Of a DNA stretch of 64,000 nucleotides, positions 53,891-64,000 are shown piece after piece (within the stretch, counting starts at the first letter, position 1; every line of letters begins with the position of its first letter). The translations under genes were made by a program, and so were the position numbers. Origin of the DNA: Octopus vulgaris (lineage: Eukaryota); assembly GCA_951406725.2 (NCBI GenBank), contig OX597814.1, forward strand, positions 86,800,001 to 86,864,000. The letters run 5' to 3'. Under the pieces are notes generated by a model. The model did no database searches, was not told where the DNA came from, and was given only the letters and a program-made list of their open reading frames with translations.

Positions 53891-56575
53891 GTTTTGGAGT
53901 TTTGGATCAGGATTTTCTGTTATGACAAGGATTTTTGCAATTTCTTTCCACCACAAGCCTTGGAAAAAAAATGTTTGAAAATTTATGACTTTTTTTGACC
54001 CTCTAGATCGATTTTGGACAATTTTTGTTTTTTGTTTGCACTATGCACTTAAAAACCATAGGAGAAGCCTTTTTGTTAAAAAAAAATGTGAAAATACTTT
54101 CAGACGAAAAGGTGTGTGGTTTAACCCTTTAGTGTTCACATTATTCTGATATAATTAAAGCTTTTTCATCCACATTGTTTTGAACTAATCATGCATTGTC
54201 TTGTAGCTATGAGATTCTGGTGAGGTAGCTGTTAATTTTTAAAACGATATTGTAGGGTTGGTGTGAGAGACCAGATCTGGTCAGTTTGAACATAAAACAG
54301 GCAGAATACTTTTGGCCGGATATGGCCGGTTTAAATGCTAAAGGGTTAAGGGAGATTAAGGCTGTTATTTGTGGCCCATCCCACAACTACCTTCCTCATT
54401 TTTATTGTTACTCTCACATGCATTGATGTTTTTCAACATCTCCCCATAAACACATTTACACTATTAAGAAAAATTTCTTGAAAATTATTATTTTTTCAAC
54501 ATCTTCTGCCTTCTGCTATTGTTTCTGTTTATAATTTTAAAATATTGGAGAGCCTGAGAAGTTCATTGCTGGGATTTATCCACAGTAATTTAAAAAAGGT
54601 ATGTAAAAGATCATTTATTTTAATAGCATACCTTTTTGTTAGTAAATATGTTTTTTCTTACACACACACAAACACGCATACATACACATGCACTCACTTG
54701 GTGGTGCTGATGAGGGGCTTTAAACATTTTAATTATAATCATTTTGTTATTTAAATCTGAGCAATGGACCACTTCTGAACTAAACATTCCATAATCATCT
54801 TCATTCCATAAAATATGCTTATGGGGAGAAAAATATAAAAACGCATCAATACACAAGAGTGACAAAGAGATGTGGAAGGTGGCTGTAGGATGTGCTAGAA
54901 ACAACACCCAAATCTTATTTAACTCACTCACCTTTTTGTCTGAAAATATTTTCAAATTTGTTTTAGATCATTTAATCTCATGTCTATGATAGAGACACTG
55001 AAGACAGAGGAGGATGCTGTGTCGTACCTGCAAGAAAAGGGTGTTATACCCAAAAGAAAATTGTGGTGGTCCTGGGAAGATTGTTGAGATTGATGAAACA
55101 GTCTTCTGAAGACATAAGTACAACCAAGGAAGGGTCCTACCTGAGCAGTGGGTTTTTGGAGGAGTGTATCACGAGACTAGACAGGTTTTCCTACATGTGG
55201 TGCCATGTCAGAATCGTGACACACTGGAAGAATGCACACGTCACTCGATTCTTCCAGGAACAACAATTTTCAGCAATTTGTGGAGGGTGTACTCTCACAT
55301 TCCTGAAATTGATAGTTACAATTTTGAGCATAGAACGGTGAACCACAGTATTGGATCTGTTAACTCAAAAGATAGTACCCACACTCAACAAGTGGAGAGT
55401 ACATAGGCCTCTGTAAAGTGAGGTAATAAATGATACTGTGGCACTCACCGTTCTATGGTAGATTCATAATCTCTATGAATTTATGTGGTGCAGGCAGGGC
55501 CAGCTTTAGGGTTACTGGTGCCCCGGGCAAGCTGAACTTCAATTTTGGCATGTACAAGCTGATGATCATGGAAATTTCCTTGTCTTTGTCATGCCCTCCT
55601 TAGTGCCCCCTAGCATATGGCACTCTGGGTGACTGCTGGTACTTTGAGCTGGCCCTGGACGCAGAAGATATGAAAATTGTAATTTGTTTGAGGAATCGAA
55701 TGAATGCATTTCTAACGTTCATTTTCAATTTAAAAAATATTTATCTCATAATGCACTATTTTGTTTTCAGGATAAAACTTTTAAGTTTATATTAATGCTT
55801 AAATGTTTGTTTGTTAAGCATATTTAATTTGTAATGTATTGCTTATTGCATGTAATGTGTTGTATATCACATTAAATGCATATTGAATGCTTAAAACTAC
55901 AAAAGACATGTTCTTTACTCCTTATTTTTTTTGTCATTGAGGTCGTTGTGAGGTGTGCTAAAAATAGCAGCTAAATAACGTTTTGGGATAAATCTTTTAA
56001 CTTCGTGCTATAACATTAAATGCATATTGAATGCTTCAAACTACAAAATATGTGTTGTTTTCCATATATCGAATACAAATATTGACACATTCTATTTTCA
56101 GGATGTTATCAACAAAATGTGTAGTCACACACAAAATGACAGCTTCCAAATCTTGTTTCCTAACTGGGTGAAAATGATCAAATTTTAAACTTCTATAACT
56201 TTCTAAATACATTTTTCTGGAAAAGTGAAATAACTCCAGCAATTCAGTTTGGAAAAGTACATTAATGTGCCAAGTTTTAAAATTTTCGATAAACTTTAAT
56301 TTTTGAAATGCTGGCTGCCAAACAAAAAAGATACTTTTTTTTTCTACTGAAAAGGTTTCTCCCATGGTTTTTAAATGCATAGGACAAAAAAAGAAAAAAA
56401 AGGCCAAAATTGGTCCGTAGTAGGGATGGAAAGGACAGGGGAGGGTGTATAAAAAAAAAAATCATAAATTTTCAAACATTTTTTCATAAAAGAATGTCCC
56501 CCTCATGGTTTCAAAGGCTGTGCTGAAAACGGAGAAAATCCATTTTATGTGGACATCCCGATCTGAAACTTCGCC
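53891..56575 (+). mobile_element. Merlin (IS1016/ISXO2-like) DNA transposon with decayed transposase
   Basis: 8-bp TSD GTTTGGTA (53883-53890, 56576-56583) and ~200-250-bp imperfect TIRs. Transposase relic ~54980-55700: GGPGKIVEIDET..WVFGGV..ILPGTTIFSNLWRVY..HRTVNHS..HTQQVEST..YEFMW. Confidence 0.9.
55495..55657. mobile_element. hAT-like MITE inserted in the Merlin transposase
   Basis: TIRs CAGGGCCAGCT / AGCTGGCCCTG; decayed 8-bp TSD ggtgcagg / gacgcaga. Confidence 0.75.
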
Positions 56576-57522
56576 GTTTGGTATTATCGTAGAGGTTAAT
56601 TCAGTTCATGTACAGGAGTACACGCAGAATATCACTTCACATGCCGAATATAAAGGGATGTAACAAAATACCGATTATATATATTTTTTGTTAATTTAGC
56701 TTTTTATCTCCCCTCCTACTAAGTTGGCAGAATAACTACTTGTCACGTAGTAGAGTTAATTATATCACCGCTTTGGAGGTGGGGCTGTGCAAAAAAATTG
56801 AAATAGAAAAACTGATTCGAAAGAACAGAAATAATTTACACATACACACATTTGTATGTGAGTGTGTGTCTTTGCGTTTACACATCCAAGCATGCCTCGA
56901 TTTACGTTGCTTTTTGTGATCAAGACGGGCGATTTAACTCGAAAGAGTACGTAACACGAATAACATTAAGGAAATTTATTCGCTCATATCGGTTTTACTG
57001 TATGGTTTGTACATATATTTCGCATGATTTTCAAATCCAGTATTGGTTTTTAGGTGGTTTAAAAATGTGTTTTATATGCTTTTAGTTATATTCGCTGAGG
57101 CCGACATAAAGTTGGATTAATCGACTGAAGTCGAGATTTACTAGTTCTTTTTCCATTAATTTCTTAAAAAGGAAAAAATAAAACAAAACGGAAAACGACA
57201 TGGTCAAAAGAGATGTAATACGAAACTGCTAAGTTGAGGTATGTCTGTATGCATTGCAATGTTTAAGAGTTGTTTCCCTTCACTCAAATTTTTCATAACA
57301 TTTTCTGGTGTTTCAAACTAAATTAGATAATAAAAAAAAGAATCAGTAATAATTTTGTGAAACATTTAAGTCATGTATCAATCAGAATAGGAAAAAAAAA
57401 AAAAAACACTTGAAAACTCCGCCAGGTTCTCGTCAGTATTCATAGTCATACTGTATTTTATAATCTATGTTTCTTTGGTTCAAAATTTAAAAAGGCCATT
57501 TAGTCATTTACTTATTCAGTAA

Positions 57523-58580
57523 CTAGCAGAGATCCCGACGTTGCTCAGGATTAAAATGACATAGTTTCTTTTTTATTCTTTTACTTGTTTCAGTCATTTG
57601 GCTTTGGCCATGCTGGAGCACCGCCTTTAGTCTAACAGAAAGAAAGAAAGAGGGAGGGCGAAAGAAAGAAACAGTGAAAGAGGGAAAGAACGAAAGAAAG
57701 AAAGAAAGAAAGAGGGAGGGAGAGAGAGAGAAAGAAAGAAAGAAAGAAGGGGGAAAGAGAATAAAGAAAGAAGGATGGAAGGAAGGAAATAAAGAAAGAA
57801 GGCAGGAAGGAAGGAAAGAAAGAAAGAAAGAGGGAAGGAGAAAAAAAGAAGAGGGAGGGAGAAAGAAAGAAAGAAATAGTGAAAGAGGGAAAGAACGAAA
57901 GAAAGAAAGAGGGAGGGAGAGAGAAAGAAAGAAAGAAAAGGGGAAGGAGAACAAAGAAAAAAGGATGGAAGGAAGGAAATAAAGAAAAGGCAGAAGGAAG
58001 GAAAGAAAGAGGGAGAAAGAAAGGAAGAGGGAGAAAGAAAGAAAGAGGGAGAGAGAAAGAAAGAAAGAGTGAGAAAGAAAGAAAGAGGGAGGGAGAAAGA
58101 AAGAAACAGTGAAAGAGGGAAAGAATGAAAGAAAGAGGGAGGGAGAGAGAAAGAAAGAAAGGGGGAAGGAGAACAAAGAAAGAAGGATGGAAGGAAGGAA
58201 ATAAAGAAGGAAGGAAGAAAGGAAAGAAAGAAAGAGGGAGAAAGAAAGAATGAGAATGGGAGAAAGAAGGAAGGAAAGAAGACAGATTGAAAGAGAGGAA
58301 CTAATACAGAGGATGAGAGAGAATATATGTAAGCAAGAGAAACAGAGAATGAGAAAGGGAAAAAATCAGTTGGAAACTGCAGATTTTAGAGAAAAACCTG
58401 TGTAAAACATACTTTTTCTTGATTTCTCACTTTATGTGGGAGCTCTGGGAAAAAAATATAGTGTATGACTATTCTTGACACATAAGTAATGTGTGTGTAA
58501 GGTTTGGAGAAAATTAGTTGAAAACTGTAGAAATGTATACATATTACACACAGACATCCTTTGTTTTATATATGTAGATA
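57523..58580 (-). mobile_element. Helitron-like element containing a purine-rich minisatellite (57636-58300)
   Basis: Minus-strand end cctgagcaacgtcgggatctctgCTAG|t; GA-rich tract with recurring ~200-230-bp units (gtgaaagagggaaagaacgaaag at ~57675 and 57879, variant at 58109). Confidence 0.55.
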
Positions 58581-58926
58581 TATGACACATTACCGGTAAC
58601 TATTGATTGACATGACAGAGAAATCGATTTAAACTTGGAATCTTAAGTAAATAAGGAGTCCATGAAATCTAGATAAATTCTCATTAAACCTACTCATGAC
58701 AGAAATGTTATCTATCTATGTGTTGAACCATTTGTCTGCCTGCCCTTCTGTCGGAGGGAATGTCTATTGTTAATATAAAAAAAAGCTGACGACAACACGT
58801 GTGTCATCCACGCATGAGTTTGTTGACAAGTGTTTTGTCTCTCAGTTAGATGACTCCACTATCTGTATATATCCCATTACTTTTTATCTGTGTGCAAGCA
58901 TGCAAATATATATATATAACCATAAA

Positions 58927-59051
58927 TGGCTCTGATGAAGGTAGCTTTAATTTTCTTAGGTCATTTAATTTTTGTCTATTGATCAATAGACCAATTGAGT
59001 AAACCTATGAGTAATGTACCTGTAATAACTACTGGAAACTGCTGCAAGCCA
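58927..59051 (+). ncRNA. Decayed type I hammerhead-like motif with extended stem II
   Basis: tggct-CTGATGA-aggtag...(~85 nt)...ctactg-GAAA-ctgctg-ca-agcca. Stem I is perfect, but the cleavage triplet reads GCA instead of NUH. Confidence 0.5.
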
Positions 59052-59123
59052 AATTTGCTCCAAAAAAGGAAAAATATGTAATGACCATTATTTTTAACTT
59101 GTTTCTTTATGTTGTTTCTTTAT

Positions 59124-59530
59124 AGGCATAGGAGTGGCGGTGTGGTAAGTAGCTTGCTTACGAACCACATGGTTCCGGGTTCAGTCCCACTGCATGGCAC
59201 CTTGGGCAAGTGTCTTCTACTATAGCCTCAGGCCGACCAAAGCCTTGTGAGTGGATTTGGTAGACAGAAACTTAAAGAAGCCCGTTGTATATATGTATAC
59301 GTATATATATACGTGTATGTTTGTGTGTTGTGTTTGTCCCCACCAACATCGCTTGACAACCGATGCTGGTGTGTTTACGTCCCCGTAAATTAGCAGTTCA
59401 GCAAAAGAGACCGATAGAATAAGTACTAGGCTTACAAAGAATAAGTCCTGGGGTTGATTTCCTCGACTAAAGGTGGTGCTCCAGCATGGCCACAGTCAAA
59501 TGACTGAAACAAGTAAATGAGTAAATGAGA
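59124..59530 (+). mobile_element. Full-length tRNA-SINE (same family at 9861-12137, 22170-22560, 47230-47320, 61820-61950)
   Basis: Head gTGGCGGTGTGGtaagtagcttgcttacgaaccacatggttccGGGTTCAGTCCc with A and B boxes, conserved body, and tail tgactgaaacaagtaaatgag. Confidence 0.88.
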
Positions 59531-59872
59531 ATGAATGAGTATATATTTATTTATAATTGAATGCCATGCGGCCTTGTCCACAGTAAGTTCCTACATTTAT
59601 ATATATATATATATATAACAGTTTTAATTTAGCTTTAATCGTTGCAAAGTTTTATAATAATAGTTAATTACAAGTATACTTTTATTAGTTCCTATTCAAT
59701 AAATTTAATAGTAAAGATTGTTTGCCAACAAAACATGGCAGTCCTGGTTTAGGATGAATGTTGCTGTAATTTAGTCCCAGGAGACATCGTCTCCAGCTAG
59801 CTATACGACACGATCTGTGTCCTTATATTTTTGAACGAGGGAATCTAGCACCCTGGCCAGCTCAAAACAATA

Positions 59873-59917
59873 TCTGTGTATCGCAATTTCCGGGTTATTT
59901 CTCTTCATCAGCACAGA
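59873..59917 (-). ncRNA. Minimal type I hammerhead-like motif
   Basis: tctgtg-CTGATGA-agagaaataacccg-GAAA-ttgcga-TA-cacaga: perfect 6-bp stem I, intact core, near-palindromic stem III, weak stem II. Confidence 0.6.
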
Positions 59918-61149
59918 ATAATTGTTCGGTTATGTTAAAACTGTTGATGTATTTAAGGCAACACTTGTGTAGCTTTGTTAAGTAAGGAAAGAAAAAAAAA
60001 CTGAGGATGTCCACTAATTTCTGTATTGAGAAAACAAAAGATTTGAAGCTTTCTGAATTACATGTTTGTGCGTTTATATTAAACCGGATGACATGATGTC
60101 TGAAATGACATTAGAACATGGAATTCCTGCGATGAGAGGTTGGGTATAAAAAACATGAGTGGATTAGTGAAAACTGACCTGAAGTGGTACCGACTGATCG
60201 TCCAGCTGTATAGTTTATTTTATGTAGTTTTATTTTAAGAAAATTAAGGTAGAGAAAGTTGCTGACTTGTTAGGATTAGCTGCTTATTTGTTTAAAGTAC
60301 AGGGCTTATTTAATCAAGTTGTTGTTGTTCAATCCTCAGGCCTACCCTGATTGAGTTGGCCTATGATAAAAGGCATTCCATCTATGATCATCCTCTCATT
60401 TTCTTCAGAGAGTATATCTAAGATTATATTTTCCAATTTATCAAGTTTTGTTTAAGATGGTAGTGTGTCATTTTAGAGAGATTTGGTAGCTATGACTAGC
60501 AGGTTAAACAACAACTGAGTCTCCTTTCTTTGGCTCCTTGTTAATCTGGTAGTACAAAAACGTGTTATCCCTAGTAACTGCCGTAACAATATCATTGTAG
60601 GTATTTCAAGTGTATAGGAGATTTAGTAAAAAGTGAAAAGGTATCAAGTTGATGGATCAAAACTTCAAAATACTTGAAAGTCTTAATAAAGTTATTAAGA
60701 GAAATAATTAGGTTGGATTAAATGTATTTTGTATTTCTACCAAAGATGTTTCGCTTGTGAGACATCATAACTAAGAATAAACAATTCTATTTTTTCCTTG
60801 ATGATCAGGAAAATTTCTTGTTACATAATCACTTTGTAGTCTGCTGGGTGTTATGAAAACTAACAGTAGATGAATGGTTTGTGTGAACTGCTAAAGCAAA
60901 GAAATGATTAGTAACAAAAAGAGAGAAGAAATTAGAGTAAAAAGCTGTTCTCAACTCTTTTCTATTCATTATAACTCTAGAATGATTAATAATATGCAAG
61001 TTCAGAACTAGATGTTTTGAAACTTTGATATTATGGGCTGCCTTTTCTTAAAGATTCTATCGAACAATTGCTGAAAAATTCCCCCACCCAAAAGAGTGGA
61101 ATAGTGCCTGAAAGCATGAAGAACAAAGTAAGAATCAGGGAGAGCATAA

Positions 61150-61480
61150 AATCCTGGTGCCATCCAGGAAATATTTTTTTTATTGCTATACAGGAGGAAA
61201 TTAAGCAGGAATTCAGTCTTCCTGCTGATGTGAAAATCAAAGAGAAAGAAGATAACTATGGACAACTGCTTTAAAATCTCTAGGTTCTATATCTGGATTA
61301 CAAATTTACATTTGTACCAATAATAATTGGAGCACTTGGTTTCGTAAGTAAATGCCTAACTGTCAGTTTTGGATAAGCTTGGATTTTCAGAAAAAGAAAT
61401 AAACTAACTGATTCGCACATTACAAATACAATCTGTACATGGAACAGTAAGACTATGCAAGACTTTTCTCAGGTTTAAAT
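61150..61480 (+). mobile_element. RLE-type non-LTR retrotransposon 3' fragment
   Basis: KEKEDNYGQL..YKFTFVPIIIGALGFV..LQIQSVHGTVRLCKTFL matches the C-terminus of restriction-like endonuclease LINEs. Confidence 0.7.
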
Positions 61481-62413
61481 GTGATGTCTTCATTATCTAC
61501 ATTCCAAAGCTGGAGATTTTCATCTTTGTTAGAAACCAGCTCTTTCTTCAGAGGAAGAATTTAAATGATTAAATACAGAAGAGACATATATACATACATA
61601 CATGCATGCATGCTTCTCCCCTGCATCCCTCTCCAGCTCAGCATTTCTAATCTTCTGGGTTTATGGGCAGTGGTGCCATGTAAAAAGCACTTGTACTGGT
61701 GCCATATGTATATGCATCCATGCTGGTGCTGCACAAAAGCACTTAGTACACTCTGTAAAGTGGCTCACACACACACACACATGTGCGCACACACACATGT
61801 GCGCACACACACACAAACCCATATATATGATGGGCTTATCTTATTTTCCATTTACCAAATACCAGAGCTATAGTAGTTGATACTTGGCCAAGATGCCACA
61901 CTGGGATAGGGCCCAGAACCATGTGGTTGAAAGCAAACTTCTTACCACACATTGTCTATATAATAGAACATTTTGATGAAATGAAATAAAAGCAATAATA
62001 ATTATTCTATCATTTGTTTCAGGTCCTAACTGAATATATCTATAAATGTATCTATTCATGTCAAAGGGACTTTGCTTCCTATCTTCTACAAGTTGTTGAA
62101 AACTATACTTCATAATTATCAACTATAGTTGATCTTTGATAAGAATCTTTGGAGTCCAAAATTTAATCATTTCTACAGAATAAAATCTGGTGTCTGTTAA
62201 TACCAGCTGATAATGTTTTATCTTTATAAAATATATCAAATAGCAAGGTCAAAGTACAAGCAATTTAATAGCAGACTGACAGGTGAAGTGCATCATTAAC
62301 AGCAACATACATAAACATATACAATTGGCACATATAGATAATGATTTTGTACATAAGAGCTTATATGAAAATGTGTATGAGTGTACATACACACACACAC
62401 GTTTGTATATACA

Positions 62414-62457
<44 letters not shown>

Positions 62458-62509
62458 CTCACGTATGTTTATATACATATGTATGTGTGTGTATATATAT
62501 ATGTGTTTT

Positions 62510-62575
<66 letters not shown>

Positions 62576-63319
62576 TGTGAACACATGCTTTCTTGATGAT
62601 CAACTTCAGGAATAAATTTATGGTTATCTGAAACTGAATAATTATCATAATAGAACAATAGGTAAACTTTATAATTCATCCAAAGCTGTTTGGGACCCCA
62701 TGCTATGCGTCTGCTATGCAAATCGGGCTCACAACACATAACCTCACTGTAACACAATTACTTCTTGTCAACAGCCTCCGCTGTTTAATGTTATCTTATA
62801 CAAATCAAAGAAAAAATATCCCATAACCTTCAAATGATATCTGGAAAAATTTCTTCAAGTGATACCAAGCAAACCACCTTATAATCAGGTCCATCTCAAT
62901 CAACAACTCCCTACTTGAATGGGCTAGGATACAAACCAACTTGACTTAAAAAACAACTTAACAGATTCTATCAAATAGTGCTGTATTAAGTTAGGCATGA
63001 TCTGGGCCAATTTTGCCTGAAACATCTAAATTTATCAAAGTTTATACATGCATCCACCCACCCACCCATCCATCCATCCATCCATCCATCCATCCATCCA
63101 TCAGTCCATCCATCCACCTATCCACCTATCCATCCATCCATTCATTCATCCATTCTCCATTCAAACATATATATACATACATACATATACTTATATCTAC
63201 ATATATATCTATATACACACACACACATGTATTTATATGTATCTATTACGTACATACATATGTGTACGTTTGTTAGTATGTGTGTGTGTGTGTGTATATA
63301 TGCATGCTTTTATGTATGT

Positions 63320-64000
63320 ATCATCATCATCATCATTTAGCATCTGTTTTCTTTGCCGGCATGAGTTGGATGGTTTGACGAGCTGGCCAGCTGATAAGCT
63401 GCCCAGGTTCCATGTTTGTTTTGGCATGGTTTCTATGGTTGGATGCCCTTCCTAATGCTAACCACTTTACAGAGTATATTGGATGGTTTTACACAGTGCT
63501 GCCATGGATGTGTTTACATGGCACCAGTACAGGTTCTTTTTATATGGCACCACCACCCACTAGCTCAGAAGATAAGGAATACTGAGCCGGAGAGAGATGC
63601 AGGGGACAAGCATGTTTGTTTGTTTGTTTGTTTGTTTGTTTGTTTGTATGTATGTATGTATGTATGTATGTATGTATGTATGTATGTATGTATGTATGTA
63701 TGTATGTATGTATGTATGTATGTGTGTGTGTGTGTGTGTATGTGTGTATGTATGTATGTATGTGTGTATGTATATGTATGTATGTATGTATACATGCATA
63801 TATGCATGCATGCATGATTTGACTTAGTTTGATGTGTCTTCTCAAGCACAGCAAGCTGCCAGAAGTCTTGGTTCCCTGTCATCCTCTCTGTGAGGTCCAA
63901 CATCTTAAGATCCTTGGGTCTATTCCTTCCATATATTCCTTTCACAATTGATGCAATGGCCTTCATTCACATGCATTACATGACTGTATCAGCACAGTCT
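63320..64000 (-). mobile_element. RTE-clade LINE 3' fragment with microsatellite-expanded UTR
   Basis: DLKMLDLTERMTGNQDFWQLAVLEKT ORF end plus the shared 3'UTR and (GAT)n tail. Confidence 0.75.

Noticed and set aside
57523-58176. 217-aa Phe/Ser/Leu-rich ORF and antisense Lys/Glu/Arg-rich ORFs
   Set aside because: Stop-free by composition of the purine tract; no domain or splice support.
61960-63040. Coding-like, less AT-rich stretches between microsatellites
   Set aside because: The frames examined are interrupted by stops and no recognisable motif was found; probably an unidentified decayed TE.

Overview
AT-rich, repeat-dense animal genomic DNA. The SINE, RTE, Helitron and microsatellite landscape suggests an octopus or other coleoid cephalopod (inference). 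One host gene is well supported: a UBE2L3-like ubiquitin-conjugating E2 on the minus strand, with coding exon 1 at 32574-32600 (MAATRRLNK), a ~30.9-kb first intron, and exon 2 at 1550-1645; later exons lie left of the window. Almost everything else is transposon-derived: Tigger/pogo, hAT, Ty3/Gypsy, RTE, R4/Dong, Penelope, Helitron, Merlin, piggyBac and mariner MITEs, and tRNA-SINEs. Most long ORF-track entries are microsatellite or antisense artefacts. The most unusual structure is a nested palindrome in the UBE2L3 intron. A young 2.8-kb foldback element (~1.25-kb near-identical arms, GG..CC ends, 8-bp TSD AAAATCGC, same retroposon fragment in both arms) sits inside a second, almost spacer-less hairpin element. 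Other highlights: an ORF1-only (HAL1-like) retroposon at the core of a four-level TE nest, four hammerhead-ribozyme-like motifs (one with a G3-C8 covariant core), a PHD finger inside an RTE reverse transcriptase, and a candidate poison exon. All calls were made by eye; boundaries without a stated TSD or splice site are approximate.
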